Shown here piece after piece: positions 25,290 to 36,497 of a stretch of 64,000 nt of DNA. This stretch comes from Argopecten irradians (taxonomy: Eukaryota). A program made the position numbers and the translations under genes. The notes beneath the pieces were generated by a model. That model was not told the origin of the DNA, did not search any database, and saw nothing but the letters and a program-made list of their open reading frames with translations. The stretch spans positions 61,182,902 to 61,246,901 of the forward strand of contig NC_091134.1 of assembly GCF_041381155.1 (NCBI RefSeq), read 5' to 3'. The first letter of the stretch is position 1. The number at the start of each line of letters is the position of its first letter.

Positions 25290-26850
25290 ATAATAGCTTA
25301 TAGTCATACATGTTGTGTCCATCGTCATGCACCTTGTGTAAACTTTTAATTCAAATGACTTCTTTTCAATAAACAAAGGGCCCAGCATATTCATATTGGG
25401 CCTGCGGCATGCTGGCATAAAGTGGTACCAAGTTTGTTCGAATGAATGACCTTGACCTTCATTTCAGGTCACAGGGGTAAAAAAGGCTAAAATATTTAAA
25501 CAACTTCATCTCTGTAACCAAAAGACCCAGGTTACTCAAATTGGACCTGTTGCATGCTGGCACAAAGGGCTACCAAGTTTGTTCAAATAAATGACCTTGA
25601 CCTTTATTCAAGGCCACAGGAATCAAAAAGGCTAAAATATTAAAGACTTCTTCTCAATTGCTAAGAGCCCATGAGACCTGATATTGGGTCTGTAGCATGT
25701 TGGGGTGAAAGGCTACTAAGTCTGTTGAATGAATGACTTTGACCTTCCTTCAAGGTCACAGGAGTCAAATAGGCTTCAATCTTTTAATCACTTTTTGTGA
25801 ATAACTAAGAGGCCGGGGTACTGATATTGGGTCTGAAGCATGCTTGGGTGAAGAGCTACTGTAACCAAGTATGTTTAAATGAATGACCTTGATTTTCATT
25901 TCAAGATTACATGAATCAGATACAATCTTACTGTGTATTTCAGTTTAACTAGATATTGTATTAGCAGTCAGATGACCATTAAGTCACTTTGGGCCTCTCG
26001 TTGAGCATTATTTGCTCACCTGCCCAAAGAGCAATTGAGCTTATATGTCCGTCTATCTGACATGAACATTTCCCTTTAAATAATTTCTTCTCCAAAAGTA
26101 GCAGACTTAGCGTCCTTAAACTTGACTTATATTATACTGGGATAAAAGGCTACTAAATAAGTTTATTCTAATGAATGACTTTGAATGAAGGTTAAGGTCA
26201 CATATGTCAAATAACCTAAAATCTTTTAACGTTTTTTTTTTGTTAATAACCAAGAGGCCAGGAAACCTGATATTGGGTCTGTGACATGCTGGGATAATGA
26301 CTGAATGTCAAGGTCACAGGGGTCAAAATAGTGAAAATCTTTAAACAACTTAAAATAACTAAGAGGCCTAGAGACCGGTTATTTGGACTGTGCCATGCTG
26401 GGACAATAGGCTACAAAGCTTGTTCAAACAAATGACCTTAACCTTTATTCAAGGTCACAGCTGTCAAATATTGGAAAAATATACAACTACTGTACTGGAG
26501 AATTACTAGTATATGTGTAATACTTTAATTGTTAGTTGAAGAAAAGGTGAACATTTTCAGTCTATTTGATTATTTCATATTGATGTGAAGTTGTTTTGTC
26601 CTACATACTGTATACTTGGAAGCCTGCTGTATTTTGTCAGGAAGCCTGCTGTATTTTGTCAGGAAGCCTGCTGTATTTTGTCAATAGTCAGATGGGCCAT
26701 TTTTGGCACCATATAAAATTATATGCTCCCATTAGTTTAAAGCCAGATGGGTGCATTAGGGGCCATTATAGCTTTTACACATCTTTGTTACATTTTGTAT
26801 CATATCTCAGGTGACTGTTAAGGCCCATGGACCTCTCTTTTGTTGTACCA
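25290..26850 (-). mobile_element. Two adjacent satellite-A (~145-bp unit) HINE-like elements:
- The first is 5-prime-hairpin-truncated: array 25380-25960, tail ..gtcagatgaccattaagtcactttgggcctctcgttg to about 26013.
- The second has a variant head tttgctcacctgcccaaagagcaattgagcttat, about 3 monomers, a (ggaagcctgctgtattttgtca)x3 block at 26616-26682, and a tail at about 26800-26850.
   Basis: Satellite-A unit: ..gctaccaagtttgttcaaatgaatgaccttgaccttcattcaaggtcacaggggtcaaataggctaaaatctttaaa.. The same family appears at 35120-35400 and 53470-54200. Confidence 0.55.
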
Positions 26851-26924
26851 ATACCAATATCAAGTATGAATATCCAGGATATGAACAAGTCAGTAACATC
26901 AGTCCATAGGCTATCAAATACTTT

Positions 26925-27000
26925 TTAGCTCACCTCTTGAAGAGGAGGGGGGGGGGTGCTTATAGAATCACCCTGGTGTCAGCGTTGGCATTAAAATGAC
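26925..27000 (-). mobile_element. Degenerate hairpin-head remnant (tttttagctcacctcttgaagagga(G)10tgcttat)
   Basis: It matches the ttttagctcacctg..ggtgagcttat head family. It contains a (G)10 tract. Confidence 0.35.
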
Positions 27001-27474
27001 CGCGTTAAGGGTTTGGTGAAATTGTTGAAATGAAATAATGTTATCTGTAATAAATGACATGTAGTTCTACAATGATATTGGATTATAATTGTTAGCTCAA
27101 GATTAGCTTATACCATAATGTGGGTTCTGTCCTTCAACAGTCGACTTAACCGCTGGTCAGAATTTATCCCAATTTGACAAGTATTGCATCCTTAAGAGGT
27201 GGGAACTGAAAATTATACAAAAGATCAGGCTGAGTGGCGGGGCCAAAGGTATCAATTTGTCTATTTCCAGAATGATTTCTTCCCAGTAACTAACTAGACA
27301 TAAGATAGTACACATATTGCATTGGTAGCAATCCTATGGAGTTGGGGATTCAAAATTGTTCAAATGGTTGGCCCCCTAGTTCACTTGAGGTAAATTGATA
27401 TTGTATATATGTTGTAAGGTCAATTGAATTGGCATTAGAGCCTGAAATTGACAAAAGATATATATCATTTGCAG

Positions 27475-27581
27475 TATGAAGCAGCTTTGGGTGAAGTGTA
27501 TGGACTTTTGTCTGACTTAGAAGAAGATGTGTATGACGATATGTATTGCAATGCCGATTCTGAAGTTGAGAGGTCACACAG
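27475..27581 (+). CDS. Gene A exon (YEAALGEVYGLLSDLEEDVYDDMYCNADSEVERSH-)
   Basis: Acceptor atcatttgcag| and donor cacacag|gtaggt. It ends in phase 2. Confidence 0.5.
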
Positions 27582-29389
27582 GTAGGTAAAGTATTCTGGG
27601 AATGTGTATATATTATTTGTTAGCGGAAACTAATAGGATTACGCCTCATTAAGTAGAGCTTAATATTTTACTTAAAGACCTAATATGATACAAAGTATTT
27701 TTTTGCTGACATGATTAAACATTTTACTATAAATTCAATGTAATTTAAACTTTCAGGTAGCTCTAAAAGTTTCATGCATGATATGGTCCTGCTGATGTTA
27801 AGTTAAAGAAGTTTTATTGAATATTAAAATTGTTATGAACAAGGTCAATCATTTTGATAAATTGTGGAAGAAAGCAGAGTGAGGAGTTTGGAGGTTTCGT
27901 TAGCCTGCCATACCCCTTTCTAACTTATATAACCATAGTAATATGGCTTTTACAAAGAAAGTTGAGATCTATATCTAGCTCACCTGATCGGAAGGGCCAG
28001 ATAGTTGCCATGAAATATCATCTATCCCTCTGTCTATTAATTTTTCCTTTGCTGCTAGATCTGCATAGATTGTAACCAAAGGAGGGGTATCACTTTGGGC
28101 TGTTTTACGGCCACTCAGTCATAAGCAAATTATTTTGCATGAAGATACATTAGGGTCAGCTGCATATTGTATGCTATTCAGAATATCCATGTTTTTCTAT
28201 GCTCATGATAATTTCAGAGGTCAAAGATCAAACGGTGGAAATTCACATTTTCATTGTTTAAGTCCTAATTAATTAAATATTAGAATAGAGATAAACTTTT
28301 TTGCAGATTTTGCATGTAAATATTGGGTTTGTAAAGTTCAGTTCAGAAAACTGATGAAAAGTTCAAAAAGTAGGTCACAGTGACCTAGTTAAGCATTTAT
28401 TCTATTTAAGCATTAAAAACTTTAATATTTTTGCTGAAAACTAAGATTTTTTCACCGATTTGATTGCTTGAAATTGATGTTTAGTACTGCATAAGGATCT
28501 TGACTTGACCTGTTTAAGATGATTACATCCTAGGGTCACATTGGTTAGGTCAGGTGCATAAATTAGGTCATATTCAATGAATGGTATCATCTATCCACTA
28601 AGCATATGCTGTTTTCCAATGTTTAAAACATGATTTGAAATTATTTAGACTTGTTTTATGAGCTTAATTTCAAGCAACGCATTGACTGTGGTAGGATGTT
28701 AGAATTATGCCTTCTGTCCCACTGCATGATCGTGACAGGCGACTAAATTTGGAATCTTAATTTCACGGTTACTGAGATGAAAATATTATAATTTTTCAAC
28801 CATTTCAAAGCTTTAGAGTAATGTTTAGCACTTGATTTGTATTTTGTCAGATCTACAATAGATTATTACATCCTAATATCACATTTGCTGGGTCACATGT
28901 ATAAATGTTATAAGTACAGGTTATGTACAAAAACATCCTTCAGGCCTAGGCAAACAGAAATTGTATAAATCTTGGTTCTGACCTCCCCCTGGGCCAAATA
29001 TGGGGAAGCTGAGATAAGATAATTCCTCTAAATTGCTACAGTAACTATAGTCTTAAGGTTCTTCATCCAATGGATTTTAACTGAATTTGATTAGAAATGT
29101 TCTTTGGGAAAGGTGAACAGATTTTGTATAAATGGCTGGGTGGGACTCATTAGGGGGAAATAGAAATAATTCTTTTATATGATAACCTTGAGTAAATAAA
29201 CATAACCTGTACCAGTGGAAATCTTACAAAATGACATAAATGAAATATCCCTGTCTATTTGACAGACCCATGTTTGACTCCTTTTCTCCCATATTTGAAC
29301 AACAATTGATGAAATTCCAGTCATTAAATTGTGCCATATCCTAGAAATGTCATAATAATAATGATAACATTGTTGACAATGGGCGACAC

Positions 29390-30957
29390 ATATATTGATG
29401 ATGTTATGCTTTTGTCTTAAGTATGGAGCCATCCTTTATGAAGTCACAGTGGCATATGTGAGTAAAGCCAGTCTGCCATATGGCAGTCATTGCTTTATGT
29501 CAATCTGGCAAAATTTCCAACTATGCAGTCAATGATGTCCCTAAGCATCATTATAGAATCTCGCCATGTTTTATTTTGAAATCCTTGTTGACCTTGTTTT
29601 GATAATAAATAATGTAATTAAAGACTTCTTTGCTTGCAAATAATTGGAGCATTCAGAATTTAAAAAAGTAGTTGTTGTAAAAATTCCAGTTACCTCTGTT
29701 TGTTACATTTTTGTATATCACCACATTGAATGTTTACTTTTTATCATCAGTAGAGTGTCAGAAGGGGAGTCAATACCTTCATCTTTACTGGTGACGGAAA
29801 AAATGGTGAGTTTACACAGATAAGCATTCCAGATTCATATTAATCCACCGGCATGCTGGAATGACTAGATCACTAAATAAAGTATTTCAGTGAAAGTTAC
29901 TCTGTGTTCTATTTTGTCTTTGTATGTAACAGTTATCTATCCTTGAGTTATCTATTTGGCCCACTTCATTTAAAATGCCAGGTGGAGTCAGTCATGTGGC
30001 TGGCTTATAAAAGGCTTGTGTCAATAAAATTCTGCCAGTAAGCTAATTAAATCCAAATTTGTATTTAGAAAATGTGATGTTTTCCCAGATAATTACGGTA
30101 ATATTTATTCCTGACTGGCATGGTAAGTGTGTTTTTAGCTCACCTGGCCTGAAGGGCCGGTGAGCTTATATATATTGATGATGTTTGCTTTTGTCTTAAG
30201 TATGGAGCCATCCTTTATGAAGTCACAGTGGCATATGTGAGTAAAGCCAGTCTGCCATATGGCAGTCATTGCTTTATGTCAATCTGGCAAAATTTCCAAC
30301 TATGCAGTCAATGATGTCCCTAAGCATCATTATAGAATCTCGCCATGTTTTATTTTGAAATCCTTGTTGACCTTGTTTTGATAATAAATAATGTAATTAA
30401 AGACTTCTTTGCTTGCAAATAATTGGAGCATTCAGAATTTAAAAAAGTAGTTGTTGTAAAAATTCCAGTTACCTCTGTTTGTTACATTTTTGTATATCAC
30501 CACATTGAATGTTTACTTTTTATCATCAGTAGAGTGTCAGAAGGGGAGTCAATACCTTCATCTTTACTGGTGACGGAAAAAAATGGTGAGTTTACACAGA
30601 TAAGCATTCCAGATTCCAGATTCATATTAATCCACCGGCATGCTGGAATGACTAGATCACTAAATAAAGTATTTCAGTGAAAGTTACTCTGTGTTCTATT
30701 TTGTCTTTGTATGTAACAGTTATCTATCCTTGAGTTATCTATTTGGCCCACTTCATTTAAAATGCCAGGTGGAGTCAGTCATGTGGCTGGCTTATAAAAG
30801 GCTTGTGTCAATAAAATTCTGCCAGTAAGCTAATTAAATCCAAATTTGTATTTAGAAAATGTGATGTTTTCCCAGATAATTACGGTAATATTTATTCCTG
30901 ACTGGCATGGTAAGTGTGTTTTTAGCTCACCTGGCCTGAAGGGCCGGTGAGCTTATG
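29390..30957. repeat. Tandem duplication of a ~780-bp unit (29390-30169 and 30170-30957). Each copy ends with the hairpin tttttagctcacctggcctgaagggccggtgagcttat.
   Basis: The two copies are >98% identical by eye. Indels include ttatgc/tttgc and A6/A7. Confidence 0.85.
29750..29804 (+). CDS. Gene A candidate exon (-S RVSEGESIPSSLLVTEKM), in copy 1 of a 780-bp tandem duplication. The paralogous copy at 30530-30585 has an extra A that breaks the frame.
   Basis: Acceptor tttttatcatcag| and donor aaaatg|gtgagt. Only copy 1 keeps the phase chain intact. Confidence 0.35.
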
Positions 30958-33057
30958 TCATGGCGCGGCGTCCGTCGTCGTCCGTGCCGTCCGTCCGTCC
31001 GTCCGTCCGTCCGTCCGTCGTCCGTCCGTCCGTCCGTCGTCCGTCCGTCCGTCAACATTTCCTTTAAATCGCTACTAGTCATAGAGTTCTGCATGGATTG
31101 TAACCAAATTTGGCCACAAACATCCTTGGGGGAGGGGGAACAGAACTTGTATAAATTTTGGCTCTGTCCCCCCCGGGGCAGGAGGGGCGGGGCCCAATAG
31201 GGGAAATAGAGGTAAATCCTATAAATCGCTACTTGTCCTAGAGTTCTGCATGGATTGTAATCAAATTTGACCACAAACATCCTTGGGGGAGGGGGAACAG
31301 AACTTGTATAAATTTTGGCTCTGGTCCCTCAGGGGCAGGAGGGGCGGGGCCCAATAGGGGAAATAGAGGTAAATCCTATAAATCGCTACTTGTCCTAGAG
31401 TTCTGCATGGATTGTAACCAAATTTGACCACAAACATCCTTGGGGGAGCAGAAACAGAACTTGTATATAAATTTTGGCTCTGGTCCCCCAGGGGCAGGAG
31501 GGGCGGGGCCCAATAGGGGAAATAAAGGTAAATCCTTTATATCGCTACTTGTAATAGAGTTCTACATGAATTGTAACCAAATTCGGCCACAAACATCCTT
31601 GGGGGAAGGGGAACAGAACTTGTGTAAATTTTGACTCTGGTCCCCCGGGGGCAGGAGGGGCGGGGCCCAATAGGGGAAATAGAGGTAAATCCTTTAAATC
31701 GCTACTAGTCATTGAGTTCTGAATGGAATGTAACCAAATTTGGCCACAAACATCCTTGGGGGAAGGGGAACAGACCTTGTATAAATTTTGGCTCTGACCC
31801 CCGGGGGCAGGAGGGGCGGGGCCCAATAGGGGAAATAGAGGTAAATCCTTTAAATCTCTACTAGTCATAGAGCTCTACATGAATTGTAACCAAATTTGGC
31901 CACAAACATCCTTGGGGGAAGGGGAACAGAACTTGTATAAATTTTGGTTCTGATCCCCCAGGGGCAGGAGGGGCGGGGCCCAATAGGGGAAATAGAGGTA
32001 AATCCTTTATATCGCTACTTGTCATAGAGTTCTGAATGGAATGTAACCAAATTTGGCCATAAACATCCTTATGGGAAGGGGAAGAGAACTTGTATAAATT
32101 TTGGCTCTAGTCCCCCGGGGGCAGGAGGGGCGGGGCCCAATAGGGGAAATAGAGGTAAATCCTTTAAATCGCTACTAGTCATTGAGTTCTGAATGGAATG
32201 TAACCAAAATTTGGCCACAAACATCCTTTGGGGAAGGGGAACAGAACTTGTATAGATTTTGGCTCTGACCCCCCCGGGGGCAGGAGGGGCGGGGCCCAAT
32301 AGGGGAAATAGAGGTAAATCCTTTATATCGCTACTTGTCATAGAGTTCTGAATGGAATGTAACCAAATTTGGCCATAAACATCCTTTGGGGAAGGGGAAG
32401 AGAACTTGTATAAATTTTGGCTCTAGTCCCCCGGGGGCAGGAGGGGCGGGGCCCAATAGGGGTAATAGAGGTAAATCCTTTAAATCGCTACTAGTCATTG
32501 AGTTCTGAATGGAATGTAACCAAAATTTGCCACAAGCATCCTTTGGGGAAGGGGAACAGAACTTGTATAGATTTTGGCTCTGACCCCCCCGGGGGCAGGA
32601 GGGGCGGGGCCCAATAGGGGAAATAGAGGTAAATCCTTTAAATTGCTACTAGTCATAGAGTTCTGCATGGATTGAAACCAAATTTGGCCACAAACATCCT
32701 TGGGGGAAGGGGAACAGAACTTGTATAAATTTTGACTCTGGCCCCCCGAGGACAGGACGGGTGGGGCCCAATAGGGGAAATAGAGGTAAATCCTATAAAT
32801 CACTTCTTGTCCTAGAGTTTTTCTTGGATTGTGACCAAATTTAGCCATAAACATCCTTGGGGGAAGGGGAACAGAACTTGTATAAATTTTGGCTCTGACC
32901 CCCTGGGGGCGGGAGGGGTGGGGCCCAATAGGGGATTTAGAGGTTAATATTAAAATTCCTTCAGAAAAGAAACAATGAACCTGTATTCAGAACATTACTT
33001 GGCATTACAAACCAGGTGAGCGATACAGGCCCTCTGGGCCTCTTGTTTACAAACAAC
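30919..33057 (-). mobile_element. HINE-like element carrying satellite D. On the + strand it reads, in order:
- hairpin agctcacctggcctgaagggccggtgagct
- (CGTC/CCGT)n microsatellite 30958-31053
- ~157-bp satellite D x12 (31054-32935)
- tail ..ttcagaaaagaaacaatgaacctgta..accaggtgagcgatacaggccctctgggcctcttgtttac
   Basis: Direct reading. The satellite-D monomer contains the GC-box-like aggaggggcggggccc. Confidence 0.6.
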
Positions 33058-33179
33058 ATAATTATAGCCCCCTACCCTTACAACAAAGTTACGCCGTTTT
33101 GTTACAAAATGATAAAACAATTACTCCTCTTAAACTACTGAAGAAATTTCATCGAAGTTTGGTAGCAATAATCTTTATA

Positions 33180-33430
33180 CAGTGCAGATATGCATAATTG
33201 ATATCTGAACAAGACATATTCATCTTTATTTAGGTCATCTAACCTGGAGAGTCAGGATGACCTATATTACAGTGCAAATATGCATAATTGATATCTGAAC
33301 TAGATATATTCATCTTTATTTAGGTCATCAAATTAAACCTGAACGGTCAGGATGACCTATATTCATCATGCTTTGTCTGTTGTCATGCTCTGTTTGTAAA
33401 CATTTAAACCACTTCTTAATAACCGATGTA
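33180..33430 (-). mobile_element. Degenerate element. It has two tandem copies of a ~90-bp segment, each with the hairpin head (taggtcatctaacctggagagtcaggatgacct / taggtcatcaaattaaacctgaacggtcaggatgacct), then a decayed microsatellite and the start of a satellite-A monomer.
   Basis: Compared with the 53395 element head, tgtcatcatgc..cgtc..aaacttttcatttaaatgacttcttc. Confidence 0.45.
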
Positions 33431-35119
33431 TCTCCATTTGCCCACTTTTTATAATCTGATAATTACGGTAGCAGAATGTTATGACAAGGATTATAATCTA
33501 TTTCAGAGAAGTTAACCTGGATTTACCTGTATTTTACCTGTAAAATTTCACCTGTACTACTGTACTTATTCCATAAGGGTATCATTTATATATAACATGT
33601 ACATGTATGAAAATTATATTACATGGAAAAATCTATAAATTTGTTACTCTATTTGTGATCTCAGTTATGTTCTTGATATTTTTATATTAAGTGAACATAT
33701 CAAATGTATAATCAATATTTGGTACTAACAAAAAAAATCCTTTCTATCATTTTGACAAACATACATACATGCCATACAATTACATTAAACTTCATGTACA
33801 TATACACATAAATGATAACTAGAAAAATAGTTTATGGTAATATCTAATCATACAGTTTATATTTACGCCTCTTTTCATTAGAAATAACCTTTTTGACATT
33901 TTATTTTACTAAAATATATTGCAATATATCTTCATTTTTAGGAACCCCATTGTGCCAATTTGCTGACAAAAATCTTACCAGTACTTTTACGTTCATAATT
34001 GGACATGTGCGAAATTTATTATAAAAAGTCCTTTTTCGAAGTATCACTAGCTAAAAGATTACTGTTTTTCCGGGAAGATTGCGTGTTCAAACTATCCGGA
34101 ATCAGCAAAACTTTGAACAATTTATCATTGTTCTTCAGTTATAGTATAATGTTAATCAGTTACAATTACATTTGTAGTCTCTCAAACAATTTGCATTCTG
34201 CAGAAGTATATCTTATGTAAAAATCCTTAGGTTTTTTATAGTGTGACATATATATATACCAACTCATGCAAATTCAGTTTTGCAGGCTACTGTTTTCGAT
34301 ATTACAGTACAACATTTAGGACAAAAGATATCTCAATTAATCCAAATATCACATTCTGACTAAAAGTATATTATCTTAACCTTTTATTAAGTAGATATTT
34401 TAGGGGCCATCTGGATGTTTAAAAAAAATTGCGAAAATATCATCCTTGATGAAAAAATAGCTGGATTTTCTCAATGTGTAACATACAAATATATACAGTC
34501 ATTGTAGAATTGGAAGGCCGGGACATCGGTAAAATTTGGTATCGATTGTATCGTATAAAACTGTATACGATATAATTAATTATATACAATTATGTTATTT
34601 ACATGTATATATATTGTTACATGTATCCTCCTATAGAACAGTATCTTGTGATATATTCTCTAATTCTCTATATGTTTGGATAAGTACACATGCCAACATA
34701 AGAAGCATTATTATCTTATATGATAATGTTAGTGGAATATGTGTATTACTTTTGTCAAATATTTTGTAGCTAACAGGTTAGTAATTACAGGTACATACAG
34801 TACCGTGCCAAAAGTATTGTAAATTAATGGTAATATTACATATTTGTTTTTAAATAACTCTTGAAATTGCAACAGTTTGTAAAAAACAACTTGCTATTTT
34901 TGTGACAAAAACATATATAGTACTGTACTGTATATATTGATATCTTTCTATTTCCCCACTTTTGACAAACTATAGTTTGCTCAGGTAAACTAATACAGGT
35001 AAGCACAGGTAAAAATTAATATGGAAATGACTATAATTGGTTTTCCATTGTTCTTCTATACCAACACTTTTCTTTGTTCTCTAAAAAGTGGGCAAATGGA
35101 GAACACACCACCCAAGGTA

Positions 35120-35400
35120 CTGATATAAGGCATTTAGCATGCTTGGATAAAGGTTTATTAAAATTCACAGGGATCAAAAAGGCTAAACATTTTAAATGAC
35201 TTTTTGAACAATTTAGAGTACTTGTGACCTGGTATTGGGCCTGTAGCAAGCTAGCGTAAAGAGTTATAAAGTTTGTTGAAATGAATGACCTTGAATTTTA
35301 AATGACTTACTGCATACTTCATTTCTACTATATGTAGTCAGATGACTGTTAAGGCCCATTGGGCCTGACTTGTTAGAGTTATGCTCTTTTGTTACACAAG
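35120..35400 (-). mobile_element. Headless satellite-A fragment (~1.5 monomers) plus tail (gtcagatgactgttaaggcccattgggcctgacttgtt)
   Basis: Matches the satellite-A unit and the tail consensus. Confidence 0.5.
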
Positions 35401-35742
35401 TGGAGTAAAGTTGGATACCTGAATAACATTTCTGTTTTTTTTTCTGGTGTCAATTGTTTTTCTCGGTGTTCTGCCATACTTTTCTTGACCAGCTAAATCT
35501 CCCCTGGTCTAGCTATAGTGACACCCAGTCAGCACACTGGCAACATATGAAGTCCTACCATTGTAACAATAGGTGCTATAGTTATATCTAGCTATTAGCT
35601 TTGAGAGTTTAATTTTTGACCCTGATTGCATTGTTGTGGTTCCTCTCTCCAGAGTTCTTTGACACGTCTCACTCCTTATTTGATCCTAGCTGCTGTAACC
35701 AATATGTTTATACCATGAAAGCTGATATCTGTTCTGTTGCAG

Positions 35743-35846
35743 TCTATGATGTCTGAAGAGGAGTCGGATGAAGAAGAGGAAATGGGGTTTGGACTCTTTG
35801 AGGATGATCATGCAGCTGACTTCATTGTGGAAAAGCAGATGAAACT
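35743..35846 (+). CDS. Gene A acidic exon (SMMSEEESDEEEEMGFGLFEDDHAADFIVEKQMKL-). If the weak donor ct|gtataa is not used, the frame reads through to a TAA at 35869-35871 with AATAAA at 35946-35951, giving an alternative terminal exon.
   Basis: Acceptor ctgttgcag|. The frame is continuous with the exon at 29750-29804. The ribosomal P-protein-like EESDEEEEMGFGLFEDD motif was read directly. Internal donor use gives a phase-2 end that matches the next exon exactly. Confidence 0.5.
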
Positions 35847-35945
35847 GTATAAACTACATCTTACATATTAATTATTTGTGTATCAAGCTAACTTATTGTG
35901 ATTAGTTTTGTTATGACAATCACCATTTAGAAAACATAAATTTTG

Positions 35946-35951
35946 AATAAA
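35946..35951 (+). promoter_or_regulatory. AATAAA polyadenylation signal, ~75 nt after the read-through stop of the acidic exon (possible short isoform of gene A)
   Basis: Hexamer read directly. Confidence 0.3.
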
Positions 35952-36497
35952 TGATCAATGCATTTTTCTCATATTTAATATTAGTATGATACCCTTGAAC
36001 TGCAAATATATGTACTTAATTTGATCAATCATCAGATGGTGGGCTATTCAAGGTGCATTTTGTCTTGTTATTGCCATTTCAAAGCGATGCTGTAGTGATC
36101 TTTTCATAGAGAAGAGTAGAATTTTAGACATGAAATTATCTTCAAAGGCTGATTGTCAAGTTTTCGGATTTACTATATCTACTTTTAAATTAGTTTCATC
36201 AATAGTCATAACCAGAATGACCTTTGAACTATCCTTAAGCTTCAACCTATGGTAAGGAGAGTTCCATGAAGTTTCCTCTATGTCAAATATATTATTACAT
36301 AAACTTGAATCATGAAGCAAGAACATTCTAAAAAAATTAATGAAAATAAAATGCCGGGAACTTACTTGTCTAAAGTTACACAAGTTAGCTGTATTTACTG
36401 CTGCTGGTTCTGCTTATAATAAAAAATGATTTTGTGTTTACAAAAAATGTATAATCTCTGTCAAAAGCAAGACATATTACATTTGTTTTTTTTACAG

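Noticed and set aside
30927-32854. ORFs of 107-119 aa in both strands across the satellite-D array (e.g. ..LGPAPPAPGGQSQNLYKFCSPSPKDVCGQIW..)
   Set aside because: They are per-monomer periodic ORFs caused by the GC-rich stop-free segment of each 157-bp unit. They are repeat artefacts.
9383-32935. Regular tandem arrays as possible CRISPR arrays
   Set aside because: There are no unique spacers between repeats, and the units are 145-157 bp head-to-tail satellite monomers. The context is eukaryotic, with spliced genes and SINE/LINE elements, so CRISPR is not applicable.
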